The notes below the pieces were generated by a model. That model was not told where the DNA came from. It ran no database searches and was given only the letters and a program-made list of their open reading frames with translations. A stretch of DNA of 63,976 bases, counting the filler, from Malassezia furfur (taxonomy: Eukaryota): NCBI GenBank assembly GCA_052055015.1. It is 5 parts of 5 records of this genome, joined end to end, with 100 filler letters (N's around TTAATTAATTAA, not from the genome) between each part and the next. Parts side by side here need not be neighbours in the genome. Positions count along the whole stretch, not along the records: positions 27,269 to 40,739 come from JBQJIT010000315.1; positions 40,840 to 54,282 come from JBQJIT010000316.1; 3 more parts are not named here. The stretch is one strand, 5' to 3'. Positions 31,575 through 43,446 of this stretch are shown one piece after another. Both the position numbers and the translations under genes were made by a program. Numbering within the stretch: position 1 is the first letter of the stretch; the number at the start of each line of letters is the position of its first letter.

Positions 31575-33818
31575 CTAGCTCGCCTGGTAGGCGAGCCAGG
31601 CATAATTCCCTATCTCGTGTCCCAGCATGCCGTAGCCGAGCAAGACCTCCATCTTGTGCGAGTGCCACCCCACGGAGCCGGGCACCGAGCCATCCTGCCG
31701 CGCAAGCTGCTCCAGCTCCACGCGCCGCGGGTGCTCCGGCGGAAGGTCGCGCACCACCTGCGGGGCGACGGGCACGTCTTTCCAACTCGCCTCCTCGCTC
31801 CGCTCGCGCGGCGCCGAAAGCGACAGCGAGCGCGAGCGAATCGTCGGCACGGGCGGCACACTGCTGCCGCTACGCATGGGCGACTCGAGCGGGCGCCGTT
31901 GCATTCCGCCCGCGCGGCTCCGCGAATTGGATCGGCTGAGCCACACGGGCGGCGTACGCCCGCGGGTGTCTTCGGTTCGCAGTCCACCCGCGTTGCGCGG
32001 CTCCTCGGCGAGCAGCGAGCGTGTAGGGGCGGGCGAGACGCTCGCGAGACGCGGCGCACGCCGCACCTCGCCCGACTGCGACGCCGACCGCCCGCGGTCC
32101 TGCGCGGGCGGCTCACACTCAATGTCTGTCGCACACGGCGCAGGGCCCGCAGCGGTGTCAACCACCCAGCCGCGACGTCCGGTGCCCCAGACCACCTTCC
32201 AGGTGCTGAGTCCGCCGCGCACCGTGTTTAGCGCGCCGACACTCAGCTCCACGACGCGCAGATTCGTAGGCGCATGCCAGTCATCTTCGTCGTCGCCCGC
32301 TTCGTCCTGCTTCAACCCAAGTTTCCGTAGCTGCTGCGCGATCGCCAGCGCCTGCGGGCGCTGAGTGCACGGCGCAAGCAGGTCGTGGTACAAGCTGACC
32401 GCATGCAAGAAGCCCGACGGCGATTGAGCGCCGCAGCTGTGGGACAGGTCGAGCACCTGCACGTTCGGCGCACGGTGCAGCAGCAGACTCGCCACGCCGT
32501 CGAGCGTGATGCTGGGGATCGACCCAAGCCCAAGATCGAGCAGCGCCGGCTGCCCGTGGAACAGCTTGAGCTCATCGTCGGTCAATGGGCACCCGCCGAG
32601 GTCCAGGTAGCGCATCGCTCCGCTCCGCATGCACGGCGCACGCTGGATGACGGTGCGCATGTCATCCGGCGACAGCGGCGTAGGAAACAGCAGCGTGCCC
32701 TGTAACGCGAGCTCAATCAGGTCCTCGGTGCACGGCGAAAAGAGCAGGTCCACGATGCTCTGCGACGTTAGCGCACGGCATCGAGACAGTGACAGGCTCT
32801 CGAGGCGCACGTGTGAGTCGGCGAGCGCCTCGAGCAGCCCGGCGTCCGCCTTGGTCTGCGACAGGTCGAGGTGTGTCAGATTCGGGAATGCCAGCACAAA
32901 CGACGAGAGCACGTCGCGTGCAAGCGTCACGCCTGCGAGCCCGAGGCGCTGCAGCGATGGGAAGCTGCGCCCGTGCGAACGCACCGACACGCGCGGCGCC
33001 GGTCGGCCGCCCGGCGTCCGATCGCGCGTGCGCGCACCCGAGCGCCCGCGCCGCTCACCGTCGTCGTCGTCGTCTTCATCGTCATTCATCTCCTCGTCCT
33101 CCTCGGCCAGGTCGTAGATCGGCCGGTGCTCGCGGTCGAGGCGCGGCAGGTGCTTGTCGACAAATTGGCACATTGCCTCGACGAACCGCGGCGATACACA
33201 ACCACATAGATCGAGGCTCTGCAGCGCGTTTTGGGTATCTTTGTTCCGCGCGCGCTCAATGCTCACACCACGCATGCGACCGGGCAAACTGCGTGCACCT
33301 CCGCGGAGTAGCAGTGACTCGAGCACCTCGAGCGACAAAGCGCTGTCCATCGTTGCGCTCGAGCCAAACGCGACGAGGCCAGACGCCGCATCAACCATGG
33401 CCTGCAGACGCCATGGAGTCACGAAGCGCCGCTCCTGGCTCTCGCCGACGGTGCGTCGCAGGCCCATGGCACGGAACGTCGCAAAGTCGAGCATACGGAT
33501 CGCCGAGAGCGCATTCGTCGAGCTCGTGCGCTCCGCCTCGTCAAGGAGCAGCATGAAGCGGTATGGCAGCGTAATCTGCACGCGACGAAAAAGGAGCGGC
33601 TGCGAGTACTTGAGGAAGGTCTTGTTGACAAGGCACAGCGAGTACAGGTCGCGCCGCGTCTCATCGACCGACACTGACACCATCTGCCCGTCGAACGCGG
33701 CCGACGGCACGACCTCGGGATCTAGCATACGCAGCGTACATAGCGGAACACAGTTCAGGTATACAATTTCACAGAGCCGCTGCACAATCTCTGCGGGGAG
33801 CGGCGTCCCTGGCGGCAT
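31575..33818 (-). CDS. F-box-like/RNI-type leucine-rich repeat protein
   Basis: LPAEIV..LC N-terminus, LYSLCLVNK, LRR motifs (LQSLDLCGC, NLTHLDLSQT, LESLSLSRC). Confidence 0.7.
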   Translation of the reverse strand: MPPGTPLPAEIVQRLCEIVYLNCVPLCTLRMLDPEVVPSAAFDGQMVSVSVDETRRDLYSLCLVNKTFLKYSQPLLFRRVQITLPYRFMLLLDEAERTSSTNALSAIRMLDFATFRAMGLRRTVGESQERRFVTPWRLQAMVDAASGLVAFGSSATMDSALSLEVLESLLLRGGARSLPGRMRGVSIERARNKDTQNALQSLDLCGCVSPRFVEAMCQFVDKHLPRLDREHRPIYDLAEEDEEMNDDEDDDDDGERRGRSGARTRDRTPGGRPAPRVSVRSHGRSFPSLQRLGLAGVTLARDVLSSFVLAFPNLTHLDLSQTKADAGLLEALADSHVRLESLSLSRCRALTSQSIVDLLFSPCTEDLIELALQGTLLFPTPLSPDDMRTVIQRAPCMRSGAMRYLDLGGCPLTDDELKLFHGQPALLDLGLGSIPSITLDGVASLLLHRAPNVQVLDLSHSCGAQSPSGFLHAVSLYHDLLAPCTQRPQALAIAQQLRKLGLKQDEAGDDEDDWHAPTNLRVVELSVGALNTVRGGLSTWKVVWGTGRRGWVVDTAAGPAPCATDIECEPPAQDRGRSASQSGEVRRAPRLASVSPAPTRSLLAEEPRNAGGLRTEDTRGRTPPVWLSRSNSRSRAGGMQRRPLESPMRSGSSVPPVPTIRSRSLSLSAPRERSEEASWKDVPVAPQVVRDLPPEHPRRVELEQLARQDGSVPGSVGWHSHKMEVLLGYGMLGHEIGNYAWLAYQAS

Positions 33819-33905
33819 GGTATGTGCGGGTCAGCGGTGTGGGGGAGTCTAAATCGGCGTCCACCCCGGCGCCTTCAACCCGATCATCGGGCTTTAGTCT
33901 TCGGC

Positions 33906-34827
33906 ATGGCGCAACGCCGGCGTCTAGGGATGGCCGAGCGCACGGCGCTTACGGCGCTCCTGTGCGCTCTACATGCTATGTATGCCATGTACCGTCTCTT
34001 AAGGGATATGCTGCTCGCATTGCCGCTGTTCATGGAGCGCGACGATGATACCCTGGTACTGCGCCGAGCTGCGTCCCTGAAAATTCCGCACCACCTCGCG
34101 GTGGTGTTCCTGCTGCCGAAGCCGACACCATTGAGCTACGGCGCTACTTGGACACTGTTCTACGAGCGAAGGGCACAGCGCAAAACAAACGATGCGCTCC
34201 ACGACACCCTCCGCCTCGCAGTGTGGTGTGCCTTGCTGGACACCGCCGAAGTGTCGGTGTATGATCCGGTCGGGCGCCTGTGTGACGCCTTTGCACCGTT
34301 TGCTCAGCATCCTGAAATGCTTCCGGATATGGTAGGAAACTTACCACATGGCTCGTGTGTGGGCATCACCGTCCATGTGGCCGGCGCGCACGTCGCTGCA
34401 CCTTTCTCGCTCTATGTTCCGATTGCTGACGCACTGCTGGCCGAGTACCGCGCCAAGTCGAAGGCTGAGCGCCCGCAAATTCGTCTCAATGTGCTGTGCA
34501 GATATGACGACAAACCTCGCATCGTCCGCGCCATGTCTGAGGCGCGCCCGCTATCACTGACGCCTGCCGCCTTCCACGACGCACTGCTGGCGCAGGGCAT
34601 CATGACATGCGACCCCGACATGGTCGCCGTGTGCGGGGGTGCATCGCAGCCCTTGGAACTGCACGGTTTTCCTGGCTGGGCCATCCGTCTCTCTGACTTG
34701 CGGTACGTCCTCGCCCTCCTGACACAGCGCGCTGCCGTACTACACCTGGCTCGGACGATGGACCGTGCCCCAGTTCCTCGATACCCTGAAGCACTATGCA
34801 CGCTCGGAGCAACGATTCGGCGCATAG
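33906..34827 (+). CDS. NUS1: cis-prenyltransferase subunit Nus1/NgBR; intron 34703-34727
   Basis: KIPHHLAV, L..WC......VSVYD..G, LHGFPGW.IRLS; splicing yields the C-terminal EQRFGA (RxG) motif. Confidence 0.85.
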
Positions 34828-34857
34828 CTTCTCTGTAGACACACCCTCTACGGCATC

Positions 34858-36213
34858 TCACGCCACCGACGCTCGCTCGGACTGCGGCGGTCCATTGACG
34901 GCCGGCGCATGGCCCAGACCGGTGAGGCCGATGGGCAGCATGATCGGCAAAAGATCCGCGTTGCGGTCAAACAGGTGGTTGTGGCCGCCCTGCTCCAGAC
35001 GGATGTAGGTCATCACTGTGTTGCGCGGCAGTACCGCACGTGCGCCAGGGAGCAGCCCCTTGGTCTCGGGCCGCGGTGCACCACGGTGCATCACCGCCTG
35101 CACGTACCCAATGTCGGGCACGTTGGAGGACCACACCTGGTACGCCGATTGCCGATCCAGTGCCTTAAACTGCTTCTCGACGCCCTCGTACAGCTCGTCG
35201 CCGTGACGCACGGGGATCACCTCGTCGTTTTCGGCGTGCATTAGCACGACGGTCGGTGGCACCATAGCGTCCGGCTGCAGGTGTCCATCAACAATCTCCG
35301 ACAGTGCCTCCTGTGTTTCAAACGAGTAGTGCAGCAGCTTCTCGATAATCTGCTCGCGGAAGGGGAAGTACTCAAGCCAGCCCAACAGCGGAACGAGGCC
35401 TCCCATGCGGAACTCGATGACCATCGGACGGATTGCCTTGAAAGCGGCCAGCAGCACAAGCGCATCAAGCGGGACCTTGTCGCGGTACATGCGCAGGGCA
35501 CACTGGGTCGCAACCCCCGTCCCCAGGCTCTGTCCCATGAGCGCTAGCGCGGGACGCTTGCCCGTCTTCGGGTCGAGCGACTTTTCGCGCACGTACTGCA
35601 CCGCCGCGTACGCGTCGTTCACGACACCCTCCTCGGTCGGGAAGCTCTCCGAGTCACCGAATCCACGGTAGTCAATAGCAATCACGTTGGCGTTCTGCAT
35701 CTTGGACAGCAGTTGGTAGGTGCGCACACGGAATTTCGCCGCACGGTTCAGCGCATTGCCGTGCAGGTACACAAATGTCGGGTACTCACGCAGCGCACGT
35801 TCGTACACCTCTTCGGGCAGCTCTGGATTCTCCTCGTCGACCTGGCCGGCGACCTGGTGGTATACCGAGTCGGGCAGGTGGTGCCAGACGCCAAGCTTGA
35901 CGCCGTCGTCCGTCGTGATCTGCAGGTTTCGCGCCTGGGCGGCTGCGTAAGACGGGCACGTACGCTCAAGACCATGGTGGTGCGGCTCCGCATAGCGTGG
36001 CTGTGTGAGCGTGGACGACATACCCAAAAGGGGTAGGCAATCTTGTGCAGGAAAAGGTAGCTGCATGAGCTGTATGCACGTACTGCCGCTGAAACTCGGG
36101 GATCCCCAGCACGAACATGAACGCTACGTATGCGCCGCCCGCGGCGAGCGCCTGTATCAGCCGTGCATGCGTACGTAAAGGTTCATCCGTGCGAGCGTTG
36201 ACCAGTTGACCAT
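34858..36213 (-). CDS. ABHD12/13 (Bem46)-like alpha/beta hydrolase; introns 36152-36174, 36061-36083, 36001-36023, 35943-35963
   Basis: YLHGNA, IDYRGFGDS...PTEEG, GQSLGTG nucleophile elbow, HAEND, GGHN. Confidence 0.85.
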
Positions 36214-36242
36214 GCTGCGGATGACAGTGGGCTACCACGTGG

Positions 36243-37592
36243 CTATCGGATCTCCAGCTGAAATTCACGCTGGAGGCGGTCGAGCACGGCAGCGTGGAGC
36301 GTGTTCACGTGCTCGTTCTCGAGGTTGCGGTCCATGCTGCGGTAGTTGACACGGTAGCAGCGGCTCTCGCGCTTGGTCTTGGGGTGCACAAACTGGTCGA
36401 TGCACGCAACGTCCTCCACGAGGTCGCCTGCGCAGTCGCGCACTGTCTCAAACAGGTCGTTTTCGTGGAAGGTGCTCGGTAGCCAGAACGAAATGTCCTT
36501 GTAGCAAGGTGGGTACTTGGAGTACGGCTTGAACGTCGTCAGCGGAAGCGTGCCGTCGGCGGGGCGGGCAAACTGGCTCAAGAACCGCTTGTCTTCCGAC
36601 CAGAATAGGCGGATATCGGGGATCGAGAAGAGCACCATGGCAATCCGCTCGAGCCCCAGGCCAAACGCCCATCCCACCTTGTCAGCCAGGCCCGCTTGGT
36701 TCAGGATCGGCTGCTGTACGACGCCACACCCGAGGATTTCGAGCCACTTGCCGCGGAACCACACCTCGACCTCGAAGCTCGGCGAGGTGAACGGGAAGAA
36801 GGCAGGGATCCAGCGCACCTTGAGCGGCTCACCGCCCTCCGATTCCACCGCCCAACGCGGCTGGAACAGACCGTAGACCAGGGTATTGAGCGTGGCTTTC
36901 AGGTGCCGCACCGTGAGCTCCGCCGCGCGCGGCGACTGTGCAGTATGCTGCGCCTGCCATCCACCGGCCTCCTCGATCGACACCTCGTCGGCAATCTCCA
37001 TCTGCGCTTGCGCCAGCTGTGCCTCCATCGCCTCGCACTCCTTCTCGACAGAACCGCCCGGCGCAAACGCTGCCTCGTCCCACACACTGGCGCCTTCCAT
37101 CTGATGGAAGACAGGATAGTGGGACGAGTCGATCTCGTCGCGCCGGAACACGTCAGCGGTCAGCAGCCACCGCAGGTGATTCGCGCGGAATGTTTCCATC
37201 TGGTGCGCCGATGTGTGCGTGCGGAGGCACGTTCCGCGGTTCACAAAGTACGTGTCGGACGGACGGCGTCCAGGGTGGTCTTCCGGGAAGCCCAGCTCGT
37301 CAAAGTTGAGGCGCGTCGATACCACCGGCGAGGGTGCACGGATGGACTCGTATTTCGACCCAAGGATGCGCTCAATCTCGGTACGCAGCAGGTTCAGCGG
37401 CTGGCCGTCCAGGTAGGGAAGCTGCGGCGCAGGGTGCACCCTGCGCAAGATGGACGCGGGGATGTTGGTATAGTCATCGGTAGGATGTTCGACGCCGTTC
37501 AAGGTCAGTGGTGCACGCTGGGCGCTTGATGCGGACACATGCAGGGTGCGCACCGCGAGGCGCGGCACGGCGCACGCCGGGCGAAGCCACAT
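36243..37592 (-). CDS. MSF1: Mitochondrial phenylalanyl-tRNA synthetase
   Basis: HPGRRPSDTY, LRTHTSAHQ, FHQMEG, FPFTSPS.EVE, GWAFGLGLER, C-terminal anticodon-binding domain. Confidence 0.95.
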   Translation of the reverse strand: MWLRPACAVPRLAVRTLHVSASSAQRAPLTLNGVEHPTDDYTNIPASILRRVHPAPQLPYLDGQPLNLLRTEIERILGSKYESIRAPSPVVSTRLNFDELGFPEDHPGRRPSDTYFVNRGTCLRTHTSAHQMETFRANHLRWLLTADVFRRDEIDSSHYPVFHQMEGASVWDEAAFAPGGSVEKECEAMEAQLAQAQMEIADEVSIEEAGGWQAQHTAQSPRAAELTVRHLKATLNTLVYGLFQPRWAVESEGGEPLKVRWIPAFFPFTSPSFEVEVWFRGKWLEILGCGVVQQPILNQAGLADKVGWAFGLGLERIAMVLFSIPDIRLFWSEDKRFLSQFARPADGTLPLTTFKPYSKYPPCYKDISFWLPSTFHENDLFETVRDCAGDLVEDVACIDQFVHPKTKRESRCYRVNYRSMDRNLENEHVNTLHAAVLDRLQREFQLEIR

Positions 37593-37645
37593 TCGGATGG
37601 AAGCGTGGAGTCAGCCGCTACCACGATTGTGGAGGTGTCGGAGCT

Positions 37646-38716
37646 ATGGCGGACGAGCCGTACAGCGTGACTAGTGCGGCAACCGTGGATCCCGTGGAGC
37701 ATGCCGAGACGGACATGGACGTGCTCACACGCAAGATTGAGGACCGTGTCACAAACCTTGTCGGTGGCTTCTCTTCGTGGTGGAGCAATGTGAACCAGCA
37801 GTCGCAGTCCGCGTTCCAAGCGGCTCGCACACAGATCGAGAAGCAGGGCGGGCTCATGGCCACTGCGAAGCAGAGCTTTGCACGGCTCGAAGAGTCGATG
37901 GAGCAAGCCAGCCAGGAGGCACGCGCCAAGGGCCGTGAGGGCGCACAGCCGACAGAGCTGGGCGAGCCATACGAGCTGGCAGACGACGCGGAGACGGAAC
38001 CTGCAGCGCCAGCGCCGAGTGCGAACAAGGGCAAACAGCCCGAGGAACGCGCACCGCAGGAGCAACCGTCTCTTGCCGGGCTCGGCACAAGCGCATGGGC
38101 ATCGCTGCAGCGCCTGGCACACCTCCCGCAGGTCGCCAAGATCCAAGAGCAGATCTCGCACGCAGTGCAGTCCAGCACAGACAGCGAGTCGGGCCAGTCG
38201 CTCCAGCGCGTGCTTCACGACGCCGAGGCGCTCGTGACGCGGTACGTGCACGATGGCGAGGTGTTTGCCCGCGATGTGGGCAAGGATCTGCGTGGCCTCC
38301 TCGACGATGTGGTCAAGATTGTGCCGCCTGAAGAGGCTGAGCGCATTGCGGAGGACAAACCCCAGCCTGTCGTGGATGTGCCCAGCGATGCGCCTGCCGA
38401 AGTGAAGGGCACGTCCGAAGAGAAGGTGTACCATACGCTTGAAGATGCCGAGGACTTCCGCTGGGATGACGACGAGGACGACGGCGGCGTAGCTATGGAC
38501 CAGTTCTCGTCCCTACCTCACACCACTCCTACGCATCCTACGGCCTCGGCTGCCAAGCCGCCGGCGAGCGAGGGCGGCGCTCGGACCAGTGGCCATGGGC
38601 ACAGCGAAAATGCTGTGGCGTCTGGCTCGGTGCTCCCTTCACGTACCGAGTCCGATAGTGCGGCCCCGAGCGCGGCCGACGCCAACGAGCACGACTCCGA
38701 CTCGGACTGGGATTAG
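37646..38716 (+). CDS. DOS2-like protein apparently lacking the BSD core
   Basis: GFSSWWSNV..QSQ, L.DVVKIVPP, EDFRWDDDE and C-terminal DSDWD resemble fungal DOS2 flanking motifs. Confidence 0.55.
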   Translation: MADEPYSVTSAATVDPVEHAETDMDVLTRKIEDRVTNLVGGFSSWWSNVNQQSQSAFQAARTQIEKQGGLMATAKQSFARLEESMEQASQEARAKGREGAQPTELGEPYELADDAETEPAAPAPSANKGKQPEERAPQEQPSLAGLGTSAWASLQRLAHLPQVAKIQEQISHAVQSSTDSESGQSLQRVLHDAEALVTRYVHDGEVFARDVGKDLRGLLDDVVKIVPPEEAERIAEDKPQPVVDVPSDAPAEVKGTSEEKVYHTLEDAEDFRWDDDEDDGGVAMDQFSSLPHTTPTHPTASAAKPPASEGGARTSGHGHSENAVASGSVLPSRTESDSAAPSAADANEHDSDSDWD

Positions 38717-38759
38717 TAGTAGCGTATAGGGATTTCTCCACATGAACGAACGGGCCACC

Positions 38760-39212
38760 ATGGACGCCGAGGTGTTCCACGGTACGCAATGTGCTCACGC
38801 AGCGCGCGTGTACGATCTTGTGCGCGATATACCCCCTGGAAAAGTCACGACATATGGTACGTCCTATGCTTACCCAGGCCACATAGCCAAGGTATGTGTA
38901 GCGCTCATGCAGCTCGCAGGATACCCTCGACGTACGCCCGCCTTCTCACCCAGACGCGCGAATGGTCGGTGCCGCGCTCAAATATCTACAAGATACGACA
39001 GTGCCGTGGCAGCGTGTCGTTGGCTCGGGCGGTATAATTTCTGAGCGGGGCGACGGCGGCGAGGGGGCTACCTACCAGGCAGACCTGCTGCGCTCTGAAG
39101 GGGTGGAGGTAGTGCCGGCACAGAGCGACCGGGGTCGTTGGCGCGTGCACTCGTTTGCCGCGTGTGCATGGGGTACGTTGGGATTGGCTCATCAGATGGA
39201 CCTACGGAGTAG
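38760..39212 (+). CDS. ATL1: Alkyltransferase-like protein; introns 38782-38802, 38857-38877, 38892-38912, 38932-38953, 39173-39195
   Basis: Spliced product VYDLVRDIPPGKVTTYGHIAKLAGYPRHARMVGAAL...VPWQRVV (Trp replaces the MGMT catalytic Cys). Confidence 0.9.
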
Positions 39213-40739
39213 TTTGGGAACGCTTCTCGAGCGCTGCGGCGTACGCGTGCACCTTTAAGCGGTCGACCGTATGTACATAGTACTTTCCACTGCCTCCCGT
39301 CCAGCTGACGCACCCTGGTGTGTAGGTGCGCTCCTCCACGCGCAGGATCGCGGCGGGGGACGACAACGTGCGCTCCGTCAAGCGGAAGTCGTGGGGTACA
39401 AACGAGCGCAAGGACACCACCATAGCGCCGTCTTTTAGGTCGAGGAAGAGGAGGGAGAGGGTATCGTTGGTTTCGGGGCGGAATGCATAGTTGTTCGCCA
39501 CCACCAGGTCGGCATCCCGCAGCGCCGCACGCACATGCTCTGACTCGGTAAAGTCGGCGCACCACGTCTCCATCGGGCCACCGCGTAGGTGCCACAAGTG
39601 CCAGCGTGCGCGAGCTTCTTGCAACTGTGCGGCGGCCAGCTGCGCGGGCACAGGCATGTACTCACAGCCGTAGGCGCGGCAGCCTGTCTGCATTGCTGCC
39701 TGCACCACGAGATTGCCGATGCCGCTGCCGAGGTCGACAAACACCGACTGAGGGCCGAGCTGTGCAAGCCGGCAGATCTCGCTTAGGAAGGGTGGGAGCA
39801 TCTCGCCATACACATTGTCTGAGAAGGCCTCGTACTGCTTGAGCTTTTCGACATGCGGCGCGGCAGCACGCGCATACACTTGGTCCTGAATCGTGCGCCA
39901 GACCGTTTCCGGCACACCTTGGCTTTCGCCGAGCGATTGGAGATGCTGCTCAATCACCCCCTCGTCTTTCAGTTTGTGTAGCAGCGCATTGAAGCGGTGC
40001 ACGGTGCGTACAAACAGCGGCCCATGCCGCCGGTTGCGCGCCTTGGTGAAGGAGCGGAGGATGGAATCCGCGTCGAGATCTTCCGACTGGCTCATCGTCA
40101 TGGGTGACGCACGGTCGGCGTGGCTCGGCGTCGACGCACGCGAGGCCGAGGCTTGCTCCATGCTTGGCATGCGTGCGCGGGCGTTGCGCCAGTCGGCCAG
40201 CAGCGCGCCGGCGTTGCTTGATACGTCCAGCGCATCCAGCGCGCCAAACTCGGACTGGTGCGTGGGGGGAACGTAGTGCGCCACGATCGCACCGACCGTG
40301 CGCAGCAAGTCGGAGATGGGGTCGTACTCGTCAGTGTCGCGGGGGACAAGCAGCGGGAATCTGGGTTAGGCACTGCGCACGTACTCTTCGGAAGTGTCCT
40401 GGGCGGGGTACTCGAGCGAGACCACCGTGTTGTCGTCGAGATTTTCAAAGAAAGTGCCGTACTTGCAGGTTGACTCGCGCACAAGCGCGCGACTCGAAGT
40501 TGGCGCAGAGCCGGTGTATGCCGCATCCGGCACGATGGGTCGCGTCACCGCATAGTGGAACGGAATGCCCGGCCGCTGGTCGAGCACGGACCGCGGCGAA
40601 GCGTCGCGCTCGGGCGTGCGCGCCACCGCCTGCACGCGCTTGTGCTCCTTCTTGGCGCGCTTTTTGGGCTGCGGCGCCGGGGCGTCGGACCGCGCGGCTG
40701 CAGCGGCCGCAGCGCGCGCCTGGGCCTGTGCGGCTTCGG
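39202..40739 (-). CDS. DOT1: Histone H3K79 methyltransferase, 5' partial; intron 40361-40384
   Basis: YEAFSDNVYGE, FVDLGSGIGN, ANNYAF, VSWT....YY. Confidence 0.93.
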
Positions 40740-40839
40740 NNNNNNNNNNNNNNNNNNNNNNNNNNNNNNNNNNNNNNNNNNNNTTAATTAATTAANNNNN
40801 NNNNNNNNNNNNNNNNNNNNNNNNNNNNNNNNNNNNNNN
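40740..40839. other. Artificial contig linker
   Basis: N-run with TTAATTAATTAA. Confidence 0.98.
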
Positions 40840-43429
40840 ACGCGTGCGTGCGTGGGCGGCGCAGCGGGGCGTGGCGCCGACGCCGCATGCGCCGCCCAGC
40901 TCGCTTGCGCCCGTGTCGAGCGCGACGAGCGGCGCCTCGGCAGAGCTCGAGGTCGGGCGGCAGCACATGACGACGCTCGCGCTGCACGTCCTCGTGCCGA
41001 CGCGCGGCGACCTTGTGCCGGATGCGCGGGAGGATGCGGTGCACGCGCTGGTCTACACGCGCATGCAGGACGCCGAGGCCGATGCGCCGCACGCGTACAC
41101 CTACGACACCGGCGTCGTGGTCGTGTCGGACGCGCCGGCCGTGCGGCTCGGCCTGGCGTGCACGGTGCACGTCGTCGAGGACGAGGCGGCGCTGCTGACG
41201 ATGCTCGTCGACGTGGTGCGCACGCTCGACCCCGAGATCCTCACGGCGTACGACACGGAGCGCGACGCATGGGCGTACGTTGCGGCGCGCGCCGAGCACG
41301 CGTACGGCTACGACCTGCTGCACGACCTGGGCCGTGCGCGGCGGCGCGCCGCGGGCGCAGCGGCGCACGACCGCTGGACGGCGGCGCGTGCGTCGCCGCT
41401 GCGTGTGCAGGGGCGGCACGTGCTGAGCATTGGGCGTGTGATGCAGGGCGAGGTGGCGCTCCCGCTGTACACGCTCGAGCACGTCGTCTTCCACGTGCTG
41501 CATCGCCGCGTGCCGCACTACACGCACGCGACGCTCACCGCGTGGCTGCGCTCGGCGCGCGTGGCGGACCGGGCGCGCGCGCTGACGTACGCGATCCGGC
41601 GTGTGCGCTATGCGCTCGAGCTGCTCGAGCGCTCCGAGACGCTCTTCCGCACCGCCGAGTTTGCGCGCACGTACGGTATCGACTTCTTTTCGGTGCTGAC
41701 GCGCGGCTCGCAGTTCCGCGTGGAATCGGTGCTGCTGCGCATCACCAAGCTGCAGAGCTTTGTGATGCCCTCCCCGAGCCGTGCGCAGGTCGGGCAGCAG
41801 AACGCGGCCGAGTGTGTGCCGCTCGTGCTCGAGCCGCACGCCGCGTACTATCGCGACCCGGTGCTGGTGCTCGACTTCCAGTCGCTGTACCCCTCGATGA
41901 TGATTGCGTACAACCTGTGCTACTCGACGTGCCTCGGCCGTGTCGCGCCGTTTCGTGGCACGTACAAGCTGGGCTTTACCACGCACGCACCCAAGCCCGG
42001 TGCGCTGCGTCGCCTGCAGCACCACGTCGCCGCGATGCCGAACGGCACGCTGTTTGTCGACCGCAGCGTGCGCGAAAGCACGCTCGCCCGCATGCTGCGC
42101 GAGGTGCTGGCGACGCGCGTCATGATCAAGCACGCGATGCGTCAGCCCCACGTCAGCAAGGCGCTCGCACGGCGCTACCAGGCGCAGCAGCTCTCGCTCA
42201 AACTGCTTGCCAACGTCACCTACGGCTACACGGGCGCCACTGCCTCGGGGCGCATGCCCTGCGTCGAGATCGCCGACGCCATCGTGCAGTGCGGCCGCGA
42301 GACACTCGAGCGCGCCATGGCACACATTGAGGGCACGCCGCGCTGGGGCGCGCGTGTCCTGTACGGCGACACCGACAGCCTCTTTGTCGTGCTCCCGGGA
42401 AAGAGCCGCGACGCGGCGTTCGCCATCGGCCGCGAGATCGCCGCAGAGATCACGCGCGCGAACCCGGATCCGGTGCAACTCAACTTCGAAAAGGTGTACC
42501 ACCCGTGCGTGCTGGTGGCCAAGAAGCGCTACGTCGGCTACAAGTGGGAGACGCCGTCGCAGCCCCGGCCCGTGCTCGACGTCAAGGGCCTCGAGACGAT
42601 CCGCCGCGACGGGTGCGTCGCACTGCAGCGCATGCAGGAGACGTGCATCCGCCTCCTGTTCGATACCCAGGACCTGTCACTCGTCAAGCGCTACTGTCAG
42701 CGGCAGTGGTCCAAACTGTACGCAGGGCGTGTGTCGCCGCGCCACCTCCTCACCGCGACCGCCGTGCGCCTCGGTACCTACGCCGGCACGCTACCGCCCA
42801 GCGCCGCACTCGCTGCACGCGCGCTCCTGCACGACGCACAGCGCGCGCCGCACGCGGGCGAGCGCATCCCGTTCCTCGTACGCCACGGACCGCCCACACA
42901 CAAGCTCGCGGACCTCGCCGTCGATCCCTGCCACGTGCTTCTTCACCCCGACACGCGGCTGCACGCCGACTACTACGTCCGCCGCGTGCTCGCGCCGGCG
43001 ATCGCGCGCATCTTCAACCTGCTCGGTGTCGACGTGCTAGCGTGGGTCGACGAGTTGCCGCGCACGCGCGCAGCAGTGCCGAGCACAGCGCTTGTCGCCA
43101 CCACGCCGTTCACCGTCGAGGCATGCATGGTCTGTGGACATACGACGCAGCACGGCGTATGCCAGGACTGCATACGCAACCCGGAGGAGTCGCTTGCCCG
43201 TGCCGCACTTGCGCTGCGCAATGCCGAGCGCCGGCAAATGGCGATCCACGCGCAGTGCACGGCATGTGCTGATGACGGCCTCGTCGAGCGACCGCCGTGC
43301 CTGTCGGTTGAATGCCCGGTGGCCTATGCGCGCGCCCAGACCGACGCCGAGGTCCACACACACACCACACGGCTCAGCGAGGTTGAAAAACACGTTACGC
43401 GGTCCGTTGAGGACCCGTGGGTATGGTAG
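40840..43429 (+). CDS. REV3: DNA polymerase zeta catalytic subunit, 5' partial
   Basis: TRGSQFRVES, LDFQSLYPS, KLLANVTYGYT, YGDTDS, KKRYVG, C-terminal Cys motifs. Confidence 0.95.
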
Positions 43430-43446
43430 TTGCCTATGCTAGTACG

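Noticed and set aside
38760..43429. ATL1-DOT1-REV3 as a DNA-damage cluster
   Set aside because: REV3 is on a different contig; only ATL1/DOT1 adjacency is real
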